A DNA stretch of 64,000 bases from Eledone cirrhosa (Eukaryota): positions 183,892,001-183,956,000 of the forward strand of contig OZ024740.1 in assembly GCA_964016885.1 (NCBI GenBank). Reading direction: 5' to 3'. The notes beneath the pieces were generated by a model. That model saw only the letters and a list, made by a program, of their open reading frames with translations, was not told the origin of the DNA and did no database searches. Below, in pieces: positions 39,440 through 54,360 of this stretch. Position numbers and translations under genes: made by a program. Each line of letters starts with the position of its first letter. Position 1 is the first letter of the stretch.

Positions 39440-39660
39440 GGTACTTCTTAATTCGTTGGAGGCTGATCTCCGACATACACTTGATAGGTTTGTTGTAGCG
39501 TGCTGCACTGCAGGAATGAAAATCAAATCTGTAAAAACTGAGACACTCGATCACTCGAAGAAGCCTACGCAGTGCACTCTACAAATAAGTGAAGTCCCAC
39601 TGAAACAGGTGAAGAAATTCGAGTGTCTCGGGACAGTGTTCACGAGTGATGGAAGAAGAT
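39440..39660 (+). mobile_element. RTE-type LINE RT fragment
   Basis: LRHTLDRFVVACCTAGMKIKSVKTETL...LKQVKKFECLGTVFTSDG resembles RT subdomains 6-7. Confidence 0.75.
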
Positions 39661-41644
39661 TTTGTTGCTACGTCTACTGATGCACTTACTACTGTCTCAG
39701 TCATATTTTCTATAATGTTATTACTAATACTGCCGTCATTGCTAATGCTACTATTATTACTTCGCCTGGCATTGATACAAACCAACAAAAGGTGCCTATA
39801 TGATATTTCTCTCCATGCTAGATGTGCAATAGGATTGCAAGAAACGAACCACTTGCGAATTAAATTAGTCATCTTTTAGATGAATATAAATTAATGCTGA
39901 AATATATCTTTGAAACATTGAAAAGGAAATATCTATGAATCGATTGAAAATATGTGAACAAAAGAAGAGAAAAAACACTACATAAATGAAGTGTGTCTAA
40001 AAAGGCAGATGGGCCTAGAGGTTATATCCAAATCAATGAATGTAATGTACTTTTAGATTTCCACAAATAACAACACAGCATATAACAACAAGTCAATTAC
40101 ACGTAAGTTGCTGTTTTGTGTCTGAAAAAAAAAGACATAAAAAATAAAATAGTTTGTTACGAATGTAAATATTTGAAAAACTAGATAAATGTTAAATTAA
40201 AAAAAAAAAAATACATGAATATTTTATATATACAAAAATAAAAAAGTTAATTTGCCACCGTTATCAACTAGATGAACTATTAGAAATACTCAAATCACAT
40301 CAGTCGAAGAAATTCTATATTAAAGTATAAAAAACATCGAATCCCAAATGCACTCATTTTCCTTTCTCTATTTTGCGAATGTTTTTTTGTGTTGTGCGAA
40401 ATAACTAATTCGGCATCATTATGATAAAATACATGTATTTTATATTTCTGAAATATTATTTACAGTAATACATATTCATTGATTTATTTTTAAACATATT
40501 TTCAGGTAAATTACAGGTAATTTTATTTCAGAAATATGTGCAGAGGAGTAATGATTCTTGATTATTTGCTCTGCTAGAAATTTAACATTTATATTTTAGT
40601 ATCATTATCATCTAATGTGTCAATATACTCTTCCATCATGGAACATTCCTTCCTGGAATCATATCTACTCTAAGTTTGGTTATGGGCGTTTCATTCATTA
40701 TTTATTGTTATATTGTTCATTACGTATAGTGATTTTATGCAGGATAAATATAGACACATGTATACTTCCTGATATGTTATAAGCAATATATTCTGATCAT
40801 CACTGATTGAAGGGTCTCTATGATGTTCTTCGATTTCTCCTTTACTATGGTTCACAAACTTTAGTCACCCCATGGCCAGTAGGTGCTTTCCTGCCACCAT
40901 TTAAAATCACATCGACGTCAGCTTTGTTATTCATCCTTTGTAGGTCTATATAATAAAGTATCAATCTAGGGTAGTTGATTTGTAACATGGTTAGAACGCC
41001 TGAAATAATGCCTTGCGTTATTCGTTTTGTGTTTAAACACCACGATCTGAAGGCGTCTTTAGTGGAATCACTTCAGTTGCAAGAATTTTGTCCATGTTTC
41101 TGATTTGAGGGTAGCTTCCACAGTGCCTCTCACCAATCTTTGAGGTCCTGTAAAGGGGCATGGGACCCAACCTATCTTTCATGAGTAAACAACATTAAAA
41201 TCCGCTCTCTTGCTATTTCAAGCCCCAAATTTTAGAATTTAGGAATTTTTTAAAATATTTTGTTGATATATTATTCTCATACTTATTGCACAAAATCCAG
41301 ATTTCCTGTTATCCATAATGATGTCTGGTGTGTTCATTCCTTTCCACTTGTAGTTAGAAGCTTGCATATCTGAAACAATCGATCGTAATAATGAAATGTT
41401 TACAAGCATTTCTGGGACGAATAAGCAACCTCGAAAAAAATAGTGGTAAACTAATAGGGGAGATGGAGCAATTGCTTAAGCTATTAGCTCCCAAAGAAAG
41501 CTCTGACAATCAAGTGATGCAGTTTCAACGAGGCGAGTAACGGCGCCCCCTAAAAAATCTAGTTTTCGCGAGTCTGAGAAACGTATGAAATTGGTGACTG
41601 GTGCGAATAAACCACTAAAACACTACAATATGCTCAGAAATAAT

Positions 41645-41825
41645 TGTTTCTACATTGGCACAAGGCCAGCAATTACTCAGTACATTACTGGTACTTTATT
41701 TTATAGACCCCGTAAGGATGAAAGGCAAATTTAACCTCGGCGAGATTTGAACTCAGAATGGCAAGGGCTGTAACTCGATACGTCAAAGCATGGCGTCCGA
41801 CTCTCTACCGATACTGTCAATCCAC
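41645..41825 (-). mobile_element. Full-length tRNA-derived SINE with 10 bp TSD
   Basis: TSD CAGAAATAAT at 41635-41644 and 41826-41835; highly similar to 59904-60087. Confidence 0.88.
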
Positions 41826-41835
41826 CAGAAATAAT

Positions 41836-42965
41836 AAAGGCTTACAAGGAAGACGTTCAAGTCTGTTCGAAAGATATATTGCAATCTCCATCCAACAATG
41901 CAGGAACTGGTGATGGACTACTGACCTTTTTTGGAAGGCATGGGATGGGTGAGCAACGGTTATATATCCCGAGATTCCAAATCGGGTCCAGCAAGGAGTA
42001 AAACTTGACAATTGGTAACTGAAAAGGCACAACCTTTACAGTTTAGCAAGAGGAAGGTACCCGTGGAGAAACGCAGATGCTACCGGCTAAATATACGATG
42101 TATCTTTAAGAAGGTTCCATTGGTCAGCTAGTGTCGATTTAAATGGAGGATGAACACTTTACTAATCAGGTTTAACGCCAGAAATGAATGCACAGCCAGG
42201 AGTGGGAATATAGGTCCAGAGCATTCTATCGGATGAAATGGGAAGCGCTGGCAGATAAGAAAGTCAGAAACAGATTTTCGGATATTATTGCATCCAAATA
42301 TAGAGAATTCCCTGAGCAAACTGAGTTCGTTGAAACGGTGTGGAAACATTTCAGCTCAGCATTTTCTGCTGCAACTGTTAAATGATGCGGCCGAAAGAGG
42401 TTTTGTGTGGAGCCGGGTCGCAGAATGACCCTTTGGTTCAATCAAGATGCCGTACGTACAAAGAAGAAGGCTTACTATGCTTGGCTAGGAAATACGTTTT
42501 CCTTCTTCAACTTGCGGTACAGTAAGCGTGATCAGTCGCAGCAGAGACAGCAAAGACGTTCAGAGTTGTGAGTTTAAGCTGGAAACCGCCTGGAGATCTC
42601 TTTTCAGAGAAGTGCATTCTGAGGAGTTTAAGAGAATGCGTTACTCAACTACTAAACCATTTCACAACAGTAACATCTGATCTATATAAAGTGCATCTAG
42701 AGTGATGATTGCGCTCTCAGAGATGAGGTAACAAGAGCAATTAAAAAGCACTAAAGTTGCAAGGCTTCTGGAGAGGATAAAATCCGGTTCAAGATGTTAA
42801 AGGCCGTAAATATAGAAGGTATTATTTGATTGACTCAAGTGTGTCAGGTGGCCTGCATCTCTGGAAAGACACATAAGCAATGGCAAACGGGAGTGATTTT
42901 CCCAATTTTCTAAAGAGAGACTAGAGAGATTGCTTCAATTATAGATGGATATTCTTGTTAAGCCC
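41836..42965 (+). mobile_element. Decayed RTE-type LINE (endonuclease end to RT start)
   Basis: Fragments RMTLWFNQD, KASGEDKI..MLKA, WQTGVIFPIF, CFNYR. Confidence 0.65.
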
Positions 42966-43246
42966 AACGCTAAGTGTATGTATTTGTGCAACATATTTCT
43001 GAGTTTGTTTGTGTCATGTCTACACATTTCATGTAATTATATTCTTCTTACATATTGTAGGTGCATGGAATTTTGGTATCTAACCCATTGCACCGTTAAT
43101 ATATAGCACCTCAAGTGTAGGTATATCTTCTTCTAGTCTGTTTAAGGACATATGTGTGATAAGTGTCAGTTTACGGATGTAGTCTTAACGTTGGAAAGAA
43201 TTTCCCTGTGTTTATGTTTACTTGTGATTGTATCCAATATACAGTC

Positions 43247-43490
43247 AGCATATTATGGAATAAGGTAACGTTGCCAATGTAATATAACCTAAAGACAAGG
43301 TAACTGATTGATACAATGTTTTCACAATGGAGACACGTTTCTTTGGCTTTAGCTTATATTTCTATAACAACGTTACTTTATTGCATAATATGTTGTCTGA
43401 TGATGTAATAATACTGCTTGCATGATCGAAATATGATGTAGTCATGAGTATCACAAGTTTATAATAAAAATAAATTTGAATATCTATATC
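43247..43490. repeat. Old imperfect fold-back followed by a degenerate hammerhead-like core
   Basis: CAGCATATTATGGAATAAGGTAACGTTG pairs with CAACGTTACTTTATTGCATAATATGTTG. Then TTGT-CTGATGA...CGAAA...TC-ACAA. Confidence 0.45.
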
Positions 43491-43870
43491 GGATATATAT
43501 ATATATATATACATAATGGTGAGCTGTGTGGTTGCAATTAAGTATAATGAAAAATAAAAGTTACGGGCGAAAGAGAGGAGTATCCGTCATCATTTGTCTA
43601 CTAGGAACCAATAGTATTTCTTCGTCAGAATTCGCCCATACTTATGTTAACTTGATATTTTTCCTAATTTTCCTCTCTCTACGTTACTTCACCCTTCGTG
43701 TCGGTTTACATACCCCCCCCCCCCCTCTTTTATCCCAATAACTTATTTTAGTTATTGTTTCGCCCTAGGCTGAGGTACATTGTCTCTAACGCGAAGACAT
43801 ACCAATGATTCCTAGTAGATAACTGATCACGGATACTCCTCTCTTTTGCCCGTCACTTTTATTTTTCATT

Positions 43871-43939
<69 letters not shown>

Positions 43940-44377
43940 GTTTAGATCGATATCCAATGATTTCGATCTCATTGACTACAATTTGCTCAACAAATCTCTT
44001 GGGTAAATTGCCCCAATCTATATATTGACTATACAATAGTCGAATACGTCGGTTAAATTTCCCTTGGATACAGGAGAAAGACTTTCATGGGAATCGAACA
44101 ATGCATCAAAGTTTCGGTTTATTTACATATTATTATATTATTTCCTGAGATGTTTCAGTTGCCCCATTTTCCAACAAATGACTCACTACTAATACATATT
44201 TTGTTATAAATAGCAAGTCTCATATATCAGGAATGAATGATGTGATCGGGATGATGGGCAATACTCTTCTTACTAAGGAAATGGAATCTTAGCACCACAA
44301 TAAATAATTACACTCAATTTTATATTGATTATAATATTATTCGTGTTATAAAGCACACACATATACTTCCTCTGAAA

Positions 44378-44415
<38 letters not shown>

Positions 44416-44437
44416 GAGTATATATATATGTATATAT

Positions 44438-44653
44438 TAAGTAATTCTGTCGGAAAGGTACAGGAAAAAAGAGTGCTCTATGTAGGTTACATAGCTTATT
44501 AGTTATGTAATAGACAACATAATATAATTATTTCATTTACCAGTGGTTTCTTGAAAGCAAACAAATCTGCTTTCAGACGACTGAAAGCAGATTTGTTTGC
44601 TTTCAAGAAACCACTGGTAAATGAAAAAAATATCTTATGTTGTCTATTACATA
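44438..44653. repeat. ~150 bp near-perfect palindrome (44504-44653) with one-sided tail, between (TA)n tracts
   Basis: TTTCATTTACCAGTGGTTTCTTGAAAGCAAACAAATCTGCTTTCAG-acga-CTGAAAGCAG...GTAAATGAAA. Confidence 0.9.
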
Positions 44654-44661
44654 TAAATATA

Positions 44662-44710
<49 letters not shown>

Positions 44711-44714
<4 letters not shown>

Positions 44715-44860
44715 CGAAGGAAGTGTGGTAAGGAACCAGGTAGACCATAACGCACCAGAGAACTCAATACTTAGGTTAGTAAAGTGGGTAATAGGAAAAT
44801 GTTCAAGACTCACTCTAACGGCAGACTCAAGCCGTTTCGACGGCTATTTCTGGACTATGT
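44711..44860 (-). mobile_element. Solo copy of a (TA)n-associated repeat (family 3, probable PLE pseudo-LTR 3' end)
   Basis: Homologous to 63003-63145. Confidence 0.7.
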
Positions 44861-44870
44861 ATATATATAT

Positions 44871-45005
<135 letters not shown>

Positions 45006-45530
45006 CATATAACATATATATTAAATTTCACCTACATTCCAGACGGACTCGAAAACCAGAATTTACGATTATAGATTTGAATTTCATGTATAATTTTTAT
45101 ATTTATACAATTTCGTGTTTAAATTTCAAATTCTAGGTACAACCCTGTTTTCATTTTCATTTCTTCTGATTTAAATTAATTGACATATTTCAACTTTACA
45201 ATTCAAAACGAAAAAAAAATGATTCTTTTATATAATATGGAAGACCAAAAAGGGTAAATGAAAGACATGAGTTGAAATATTCAACCATAAAACTACCATC
45301 CAACAACTTTAATAACTTAGAAATTTATTCTCCCACTTTTTTAAAAAACGAATCAATGTTTCTTTGATGATGTAAAGCATGACGTATAATTAAATTCATG
45401 ATGGGAAAACGATTTGATTTATTGAAAAGATAATGTGATCGATAATATTTCATTAACAAATGCTGTAAGAATTTTAATTTTATATATTTATATATATATA
45501 CATAATTATAATATAATATATATATATATA

Positions 45531-45582
<52 letters not shown>

Positions 45583-46647
45583 GTGTGTGTGTGTGTCTGT
45601 GTGTATGTGTGTGTGTGTGTACATGCGTGTGTGACTTCATGCGGATGTAGATATGTTTATATATGTACATTTGCATGTATGTGTAGGAATATGCGTATAC
45701 ATTTATATAATAGATATGTATATATATTCGCGCGCACGCGTACATATACACACGTTAATATATATATATATATATATATATATCGTCACAGGAAAGACAG
45801 TATAACTATTTCATAGTTACTAAAAATATATTTTAATAACAAAAATTTGGTTTGTCAATTCTATAATTGATGATAAAAATATAGATTTGTTTCATTCCCC
45901 AACTGGTTATACCTGCCACTTAGTGCATCCACGACTTGATGAAAACCTAGCTGGTACCCACATATGCTCTCTATGCACCAAAGCTCACATATACTCCATC
46001 TGAGGCCCTAAACACGAGCTTATTTTGCTCATATTTTAATCCAGCGCTGTGTGCAACGAAAGCAAATTGTGAGGGTCTCTCGAACTGCACGAAACAGTAT
46101 CTGAATCCCTGATGAGTTAGCAAGGGGTACTCGTATGGAGTCATTCATCCTATCAGAAGATATTCAAAATCACTTTCAGATTCCTGTCCTATATACTCTT
46201 AAGCTAAAGCCGGAATCATTGGGTAATATAATTATGGATATACAAAAATACACAATGGTCATTTGTCGAACATCTTTAATCATAGGGCTGCTCGTGCTAT
46301 CATGGTAAATATAATGCTAAACATTCCTACCATCACCGATGATGACTAAAACAGGTTACATGATTACATTTTGTCATCGAAAAAACAGAGATCCGGAGAT
46401 GACTAAGTTGCGAGGCGAGCGTCTTAACCAATGAGCCATATCTGTGCCATACTTTGAATATTTCGTTCTTAAACTAATCGATATATTCATTGAGCTCTTA
46501 AATCACGAGGTGGAATCATATGAGTGTCATCGTGACACATGGTCATTTTAAACTGACAGAGCCCTTTACCCTCTTTACGTTGCATCATGGGTGATTTCTT
46601 CCTGGGAGCAGCAGAGCGAGAACGAGAGAAAAAGAGAAAGAAAGTAG

Positions 46648-46651
<4 letters not shown>

Positions 46652-46736
<85 letters not shown>

Positions 46737-46775
46737 AGGGGGAGAGAGAGAGATAGGGGGGGGGGGGTAGAGAGA
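46652..46775. repeat. (GA)n microsatellite with poly-G
   Basis: Directly visible. Confidence 0.97.
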
Positions 46776-47874
46776 ACAAGTGAGACAGAATTCTTGACTG
46801 ATAGTTTTTTTACTCGTTAAGAACGAAGGGAGTGTTGTCTCTTCATGTAATACATTTATCCAGCTGTAAATATTTTAGTATTTTGATCATTGATTGTTTC
46901 TTTCAAATTTATGAATGTTATGAATATGATTATTTCAACTGGTATCCGCTTGCTTGTGCTACAAATAAATGGCCATGTTCAGACCAGAACACAAAAATAT
47001 GGGGAAATAAATTGTTACTTGTTGGCCATATGTCAGTTCTGGCCCATCAAATCTATGTTTAAAGAAATTCCAGCCATGAATAGATAAGCCAATATATTTC
47101 ATCAGCTATCGTGTACGTCAGTTATCGTATATGAAGTGTGGTATTTCATAAGATGGTAGAATGTAGGTTGAATTAATCCTGCCTGCTATCTTTATTAAGT
47201 AAAGAAGCCATGTAGAAGCACTCTTATTGGATCGAGGGATAATGAGTTTAGATAGAGTGTAAAGAAAATACACGTATGAACTAAATAAATAACAATCTGT
47301 ATTGAAATCTTGGTGTTGATATTTATCTTTATAGAAATGACGATTATGATTATATACGAACTGTCACAGTTACACACATATGTTCACACACATACACATG
47401 TACATGTCCAGGCACAGGCTTACACATACATATCCATATAAACGAACAAAAATACTAAATATCAAATGAGAACTAGATATAAAGACGGATGTAAAGATTT
47501 GCATTGTCATAGATTAATCTTAGTCTAAAGTCTGTCTTAAGCCAGAAGGCTCATTTGGCCGGTGCTTATGGCATGAAGCTACTAATAGTACAAGACTCCC
47601 CGCTGGACAGGATGCCAGTCAACCGCGGTGTTAAACTCCCAACTATAGCTGTTACTGATTTTCAGCTCAGTTTACTGCAGCAACGTGAAATGAAGTGTTT
47701 TGTTCAAGAACACACAACGCAGTCCAGGAATCAAACCCACGACATTATGATTGTAAGTCCAACACCCTTACCACTAGTCCACGTGGCTCCACCAAAAATT
47801 AATATATACACACATATTCATATAAATACAAGTGTATGTGTCTACCCATATACAGAGCTACTCAGTTCTTTGAA

Positions 47875-48670
47875 GATGCGTCCTATAATAATTTTCCAAC
47901 CTGTTATAATCATCAATTCATTTCTCATGAATTATGACAGATATGCTAACTCAACAAATGAACAGGCACGCTGGAATCGCTTTGTTAAAGACAGAACATT
48001 ATATATTGTTTGCTTCCTGAAATTTGCATGGTCGTTTGATGTTAATGTTTGATAAAGCACCACTGGATATCGCTGATCTGGATTCTACAGCATTAGAAAA
48101 ACGTAAAATGTTAGCCACATATCCTCGACCCCCCAAATTTGTAAGAAACGTACAATTATCGGTAGGAACACCGGAAAGTCAATTAACATCATTGCTAAGG
48201 AGCTTAAGTTTTCAAGGCCCACTATCGGAGTCATTGTGCTTGCGGGTCTTCGACACAAGTTATATATGATGCGATAAGGCAAATCCATGTCTGCAAAGAT
48301 ACACGATAACCGTCTGATCAACGCAAAGCACTTGTTGAGCAAGTGTAAATATCAAGAGCCTGGAAAACGTTGGTGTTTCACTGATGAGAGAAAATTTGAT
48401 GAGGACTAAAAGGTCAGCCAAAGTAATGATAGATGGTTATTCATATATCCCAAAGATATTCCAAAGATCATGCACACAAAGTCTCCGTCAAATGCTTTGC
48501 TTCTGGGAATCACGAACTGCAAGAGATATGTCATACTTCCTCAGCTCATCCTTCAGTTGCTGAATTTATGGAGCTATTGGAGAGGTTTGTTACGTTTTTT
48601 ATACTAATTTGTTTCGTAAAAAATCTCTAGAACTATCATTTCTATAATCTATATCGTCAACAAATTATTC
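47875..48670 (+). mobile_element. Tc1/mariner (maT/DD37D-like) transposase remnant
   Basis: ~48330-48440 reads LLSKCKYQEPGKRWCFTDERKFDED*KVSQSNDRW, resembling the ..FSDEK.F....N..NDR. first catalytic Asp region. Boundaries approximate. Confidence 0.55.
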
Positions 48671-50126
48671 TTTATAATAAATATCACTCAGGTTTCCATT
48701 TGACGTGTATTCTTTTAAACTTTCGGTGTTAAGATGGAGTTCTCCCGAAGAAAATATAACGGGAAAATACTCCAGTAATAAATACCTGTATAGTTTTTAC
48801 ATTTTAAACAATATTGCACAAGTACCAAAAAAACGGAACATACATTTACACATTTGGGAAAACAAAGAAATAAAAACAAACCACACAACTAAGGGGAAGA
48901 AAAATGAATGAAAACGAAGGAAATGAAAAAGAATCAAACAATGAAAGGAAGCGAGAAGAGAATGGACTTGAACTATGCACAAGTCTGAGCGGTATCTCAG
49001 TGGCACCTCACGGACATAATGGCAAAGGTTTGCAGCGGAGAATGGTGAGAGACAACCACTAAAAAAGCCACCTCTCCTCACGTGGCTTCCTCGTCAAGCA
49101 GGCCACCGTCTTTCCGAATGTGCTTATGATTTGACGAGCAGACATTCGATATATTTTTATATGGATCATCAGTCATATTAGAGCGTCGGATTAAATACGC
49201 AACTTAGTGCGGCTCGCTGCGCTCCGATCTGAAATCTCGCTGAGGTCAATATGTCCTTCCAACATTTCGCAGCCGATAAATAAAATGTTGATTCTGCCTC
49301 ATTAATCCTTATCTCATTCTCTCACTCAATTTTTCTTTCCTTGGAAGGAACTGGCTCTTCTTATCTGGAAAGGCATGAGCTCCATCAGATTTCCAACGAC
49401 CATGACACGCTATGTGTGAAGAAAGTGACCCTGACTCTATCTAGGTTACCTGGTAGCAGTTGGATATAGAGAGAGAAATGTACTGTAAAACTGTAGAACT
49501 ACCTCGAATAATCGAAACGACATAAATGTAATTTTGAATATAGACCTTTATGTGGCATTTGATATATTACTCAGTTCAACATTAAACAGAACTGGAAACA
49601 CATGTGAAGAATCGTCATACTGAACTCTTGAAAGACAATGAGGAAGACAATAGTCTTGCATATAAATCACTATTTACAGGCAGTAATTTTACAGTCGAAT
49701 TTAATATAAAAGTTTTAGCCTTTTATATAACAATAATTTCTTTCCTTTTTCTTTTTTTTCATTAATTAAATAAGAGTCTTATTATAAAACATATTTTTAT
49801 TGTTTCTTTAATGAATTCATCTTTGCTTAAATTATTTGAATAGATTATACATGCAAGACCTCTAATGCAGAAAAATAACTCTGTGTTACTATATTTCTAA
49901 TTTTAGCAAGATAATTATTGTTTATTATCCTAAATGGGTTGTGCTTATTGTTCTCAATTATTATTTGGCAGTTAATTACAAAATTTCTATTAATGAATAT
50001 ATCTTTTGTTTTGTTAGTCATTCTTCACTAATGAGATATAACTTTGATGTTTTAAATCAAATTTAAAATGTTCACTGTGAATCTTGGCTCGTATTGATAT
50101 TTTAATATTCAATCTCTTTGTTTTAG

Positions 50127-50188
50127 GAGAAGATATTTAAAAAAATTACACGAATCCATTGATAAAATTGCTATAAAAGAATATAAGA
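50127..50188 (+). other. Candidate host-gene exon (62 bp)
   Basis: CTCTTTGTTTTAG acceptor, frame RRYLKKLHESIDKIAIKEYK, donor GA/GTAAGA, in unique AT-rich DNA. Confidence 0.35.
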
Positions 50189-52768
50189 GTAAGATTTTTT
50201 TGTTGATTGCTATTAAAAATCTAATCAAATTATAGTGATGCGCAAGCTAACTGTGCTATGGTTAATTTAGTGATTTAAACATGAATTTCCTTCTTTTTTC
50301 TATCAAGTCAATCTCTACAAACAGATTAAAGCTCTAATCATAAAACATTCATTAAAACACATAATCTAACCTACAGAAAGTTATATATTAAAACGAATAG
50401 AAAACGAAGATATTACAAAGCAATAAAAATGCCAGCTGAGTTTTTTTCATTCTCATCGAGCAGACCGTAAATACTTCCACTTTGAAAATTAGCTGAGCAG
50501 AACAAGTTTTAAGAAGACTATGGGCAAAATGTTAAATTACATATAAATCTAATTGACCATTTCAAGTTGTGACACTCACAGCAAGAGCACAAATGGTGGA
50601 ATAGATAAGATCAAACACAATCAGAAGAGAGGTGCCAACGGTTCGAATCCTAGAATTGTTCAATTCCCATAGCCACCATAATTAATTCTAAGGCTCAAGT
50701 GAATCTAGTTAGAAACGCGTTTACATGCGTGCATCTGATACGTGGTTCATTCGATTAAAGTGTTGAATCCAATTTCTTTTTGTTGGGGCAGTAAGAAGCG
50801 TTGCTCAATTCTACCTGTCATATTTAGAAATTAATGAGTCACGAATTTGTCATGATAATCTGATAACAGTACGAGCAATTTAAGAAGAAAATAATCAGGA
50901 AATAAAAGCGGAAGATTTGAGTATATGAGCAGGATTTAGACATTATGGGGTCTGGGGCACGTCAGTTGTGTACACAAAAATTGAATACACAGCAAATACA
51001 CAATTTCATAAATCAGAGTTGGTTTGGCGCAAGTAATTGAAATTGAAACGTTATACATACAGGTATTAAATTAAAAAAAAATCTGTCCATTCTCATTTGA
51101 CTTCCACTTTCCACATTAACATGTGCTGAACGGGTTGTGACAGTTTGAGACAAGACATATCGGATCGACTCAGCATGCTCATACATTACATATTGGGTGT
51201 GGTTTCTATTGTTTGATGCACTTCCTAACATAACCTCTTTAGAGTGTTTACCGGGTGCATTGTTTTTGCGATACTAGAACCACCACTTCACACTGTTGAC
51301 TAGGTATATTCTATTAAGGCACCAAGACTAACAATTTACAGGATATACCGAGTGCATTTTATCGTGGCACCAGTACTAAAGAGTTCGCCACATGCTCGGC
51401 CAGATTAAAGCGTTTCCTGAAACACTATATTGTCTCAATTCCATTGCCCAAATGTGTATCCTCCGATTTCTCAATACACTCACATTTAGTGTTTCACTGC
51501 TTGTCCTGTTGGGAATGTCTTTTCTATTATGGCATACCATCAATCAGCTCTGTTCTGGGCCATCTCCTTTGTTGGGTTCAGTTTCTCGATATCATTATTT
51601 ACAATAGTGTCCCATGTTTTCCTTGATTTTCCACTGAAGCCCAGGAGACGGCACAAATAAATTGTTACATCCGTCGTTGGTACCGATCCCCCATGGCTTG
51701 GGGACCGGGTCTCGGGAATTTGCCTGCTTTGTTCCCATTAAATCCGACCCTCTATAGTATCAAATACACCCAGATCAAGTCAAAGGAAGAAGTACATCAG
51801 TATTCCAAATAGATAAAGTATTTCAAGTATTATATATACTTGAGCCTCATTCGCTAAGAAATGATCTCATTGCAAACATATACACTGATCCCTTCCCATA
51901 TTCTCGTTGGTCGTTCAACAGAACCAGCTAATACGTTTGTATTTTGTTTATCTTCAGATTTTTTTAGTGATAGCATGGTGAAGTCTCATTAGAATAAGTT
52001 TGCAAACTACCGCATTAGTCCAAAACTGCAGCAAAGCAACTAACATTCAACTTTTCTTTAACAAACTCCCAGCAGATGCTATAATTGATTCTTGACATAG
52101 GAGAGAGCTGAGTGATTGTTCGCCGGCAGTTTTATTGGTGGTTTGACATAAGATTTTCTGGAGTTTGAGAGAAATCTTTCGTCCTGGAAGCTTTTCATCA
52201 TGAACTAGCTTCAACACACACATGCCATTGACGACACCTTGTTCCACATAATGTTTCGTGGCCCAAAGACTGCCAAGCTTGACTGAGAATTCAGTAGCAA
52301 ATTTGCCGGGCAAAATTAAATGAAGGCAACTCCATCCATTGAAAAAAATCAACAATAATAATAAACCGCAGATCCTTTATAACAAATGGCCACAAAATTT
52401 CGAGTGATAATTAAACAATATCATACCATGAAGACCCTTTGTAAATTGATCCAATAAGTTGACTACTCACTAATGTTGACTGCGCCCGTTTTTCTATTGA
52501 AATGTAATCACAGCCCGGAAATATTCTGATAGCTCATTGTAAATACCTTAAATGATATATTCAGAATGGATGACTGCGATGTGTTTAATAACATAATGTG
52601 ATGGATATTTAAAGATAATCTTAAATCATTATAAAGAAAATGTCATATATATAGCAATGATGTTGAGCCAGGGTGAAAGGCTGTATGTGGTCGTTCAAGA
52701 AATAACAATACATCTCCCTGAAAGGGCAACCTGATATCTTAAAAAAGGAACGATGCATTGTGGTAGTT

Positions 52769-52875
<107 letters not shown>

Positions 52876-53396
52876 TATGTATATATATATTATATATATA
52901 TTATATATATATATATGTGTGTGTGGGGTGAGTGTGTGTTGATGTGGGTTTATCAAAACCACGACTTGCCTTAAACTGTACGTAAATACGTCCAGTTAAA
53001 ATAAAAGCCATTCATTAATGTAAATCATACAGCAGCATTCAACCTCATTCGCTAGACCCAAATAAGCGCTCGAGGAAGGTTTAAATCACACACGTCCATC
53101 TGAACAATGTCTTAAATCTCGCTGCTTGCAAATCAACATCAACCTAGTTACTGGTGTGAGCATGAGGGCGACAGGCACCGCCGTGTTTCTATATAACTAT
53201 TACCAGCGACTAAGAACCGCTTAATTAATTGATATAGGACTCCGACAAAATCAATGCAACCCTTAAGAACAACAACCAAAAGCCACTTACAAACTTGACA
53301 CTGTACACATGCACCCTGATGCTAAAATCACTTTCAACTACCAACACCCGAACTGAGTCACCCAACAACTATATATATATATATATATATATTTAT

Positions 53397-53521
53397 TAAA
53401 ATAACAGATTAAAGTTTAAGCAAAGAATTGTTGCTTTCACCCTTCTGAAACTCAAGAGTTTCAGAAGATCCCGTTAAGGGTAAAAGCAGAACATTTTTGC
53501 TTAAATGTTAATCTGTTATTT

Positions 53522-53522
<1 letters not shown>
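53397..53522. repeat. Imperfect fold-back between (TA)n tracts
   Basis: AAAATAACAGATTAA pairs with TTAATCTGTTATTTT; centre CTTCTGAAACTC-aa-GAGTTTCAGAAG. Confidence 0.8.
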
Positions 53523-53583
<61 letters not shown>

Positions 53584-53801
53584 TACATATATATATATAT
53601 ATATATATATATGTTGGGTGATTCAGCTGTTCTGGTAATTTCTTCTGAATTAAACAGTTCTAGTTTTGTAGAAGCCATTTCTCTATTAAACTATGTTTAC
53701 ATTCTACAAATTTACTATTGAGTACCTTTCTAACTGTGGTTACCCACGATTGACCCCGTGATTCACACAGACACAGACATACAGACAGACATACAGACAC
53801 G

Positions 53802-53856
<55 letters not shown>

Positions 53857-54079
53857 GTGTGTGTGTGTGTGCGTGTGTGTCTGTGTGTGTGTCTGTGTGT
53901 GTGGCTGGGTGCATGTATGCGTATTAAACGTATTTAGGAATACCTAGGCTCTAAGATTAGCTATCCCTCAATATTCAATGACATTTATAATTATATTGAA
54001 GTGAAAAGGCAACGTCAGAAGAAGTTGTATCTAAATATTAGGTCAAGAATCTGCATGCTGCTGATACCATTTAATCCTG

Positions 54080-54360
54080 TACAACCTGCTTCATAGTCAG
54101 GTGGTCGGCGACTAAACCGGCTCCCCCACCTGACCCTGCTACTGTGGGAATTGTAAGTGGAACCCCAGCAACACAAAATCACAAGCTGTTAAAGGGAGGA
54201 TGATCACCTCAGTGTCAACGGTCATCCACTGAAACTATGGGTTAAACCAACCCGCAATTGACCAAGCGTGGTGATTAAGGCTACACCCCTGACGTGACCA
54301 ATACCAAACAGAAAGCGGTAGAAGTAAACCAGGGAGGTGTTCTTCCACCAGGTGTGAGAA
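54080..54360 (+). repeat. Second copy of the dispersed repeat at 35860-36140
   Basis: Shared blocks as listed for that copy. Confidence 0.6.

Noticed and set aside
40506-40516. TTTTCAG|GTAAATTACAG|GTAATT as an 11 nt micro-exon
   Set aside because: Such matches arise easily in AT-rich DNA, and there is no supporting evidence.
46085-46140. GAAAC...CTGATGAG as a possible hammerhead
   Set aside because: No consistent stems I-III could be formed; it lies in a decayed SINE-like repeat.
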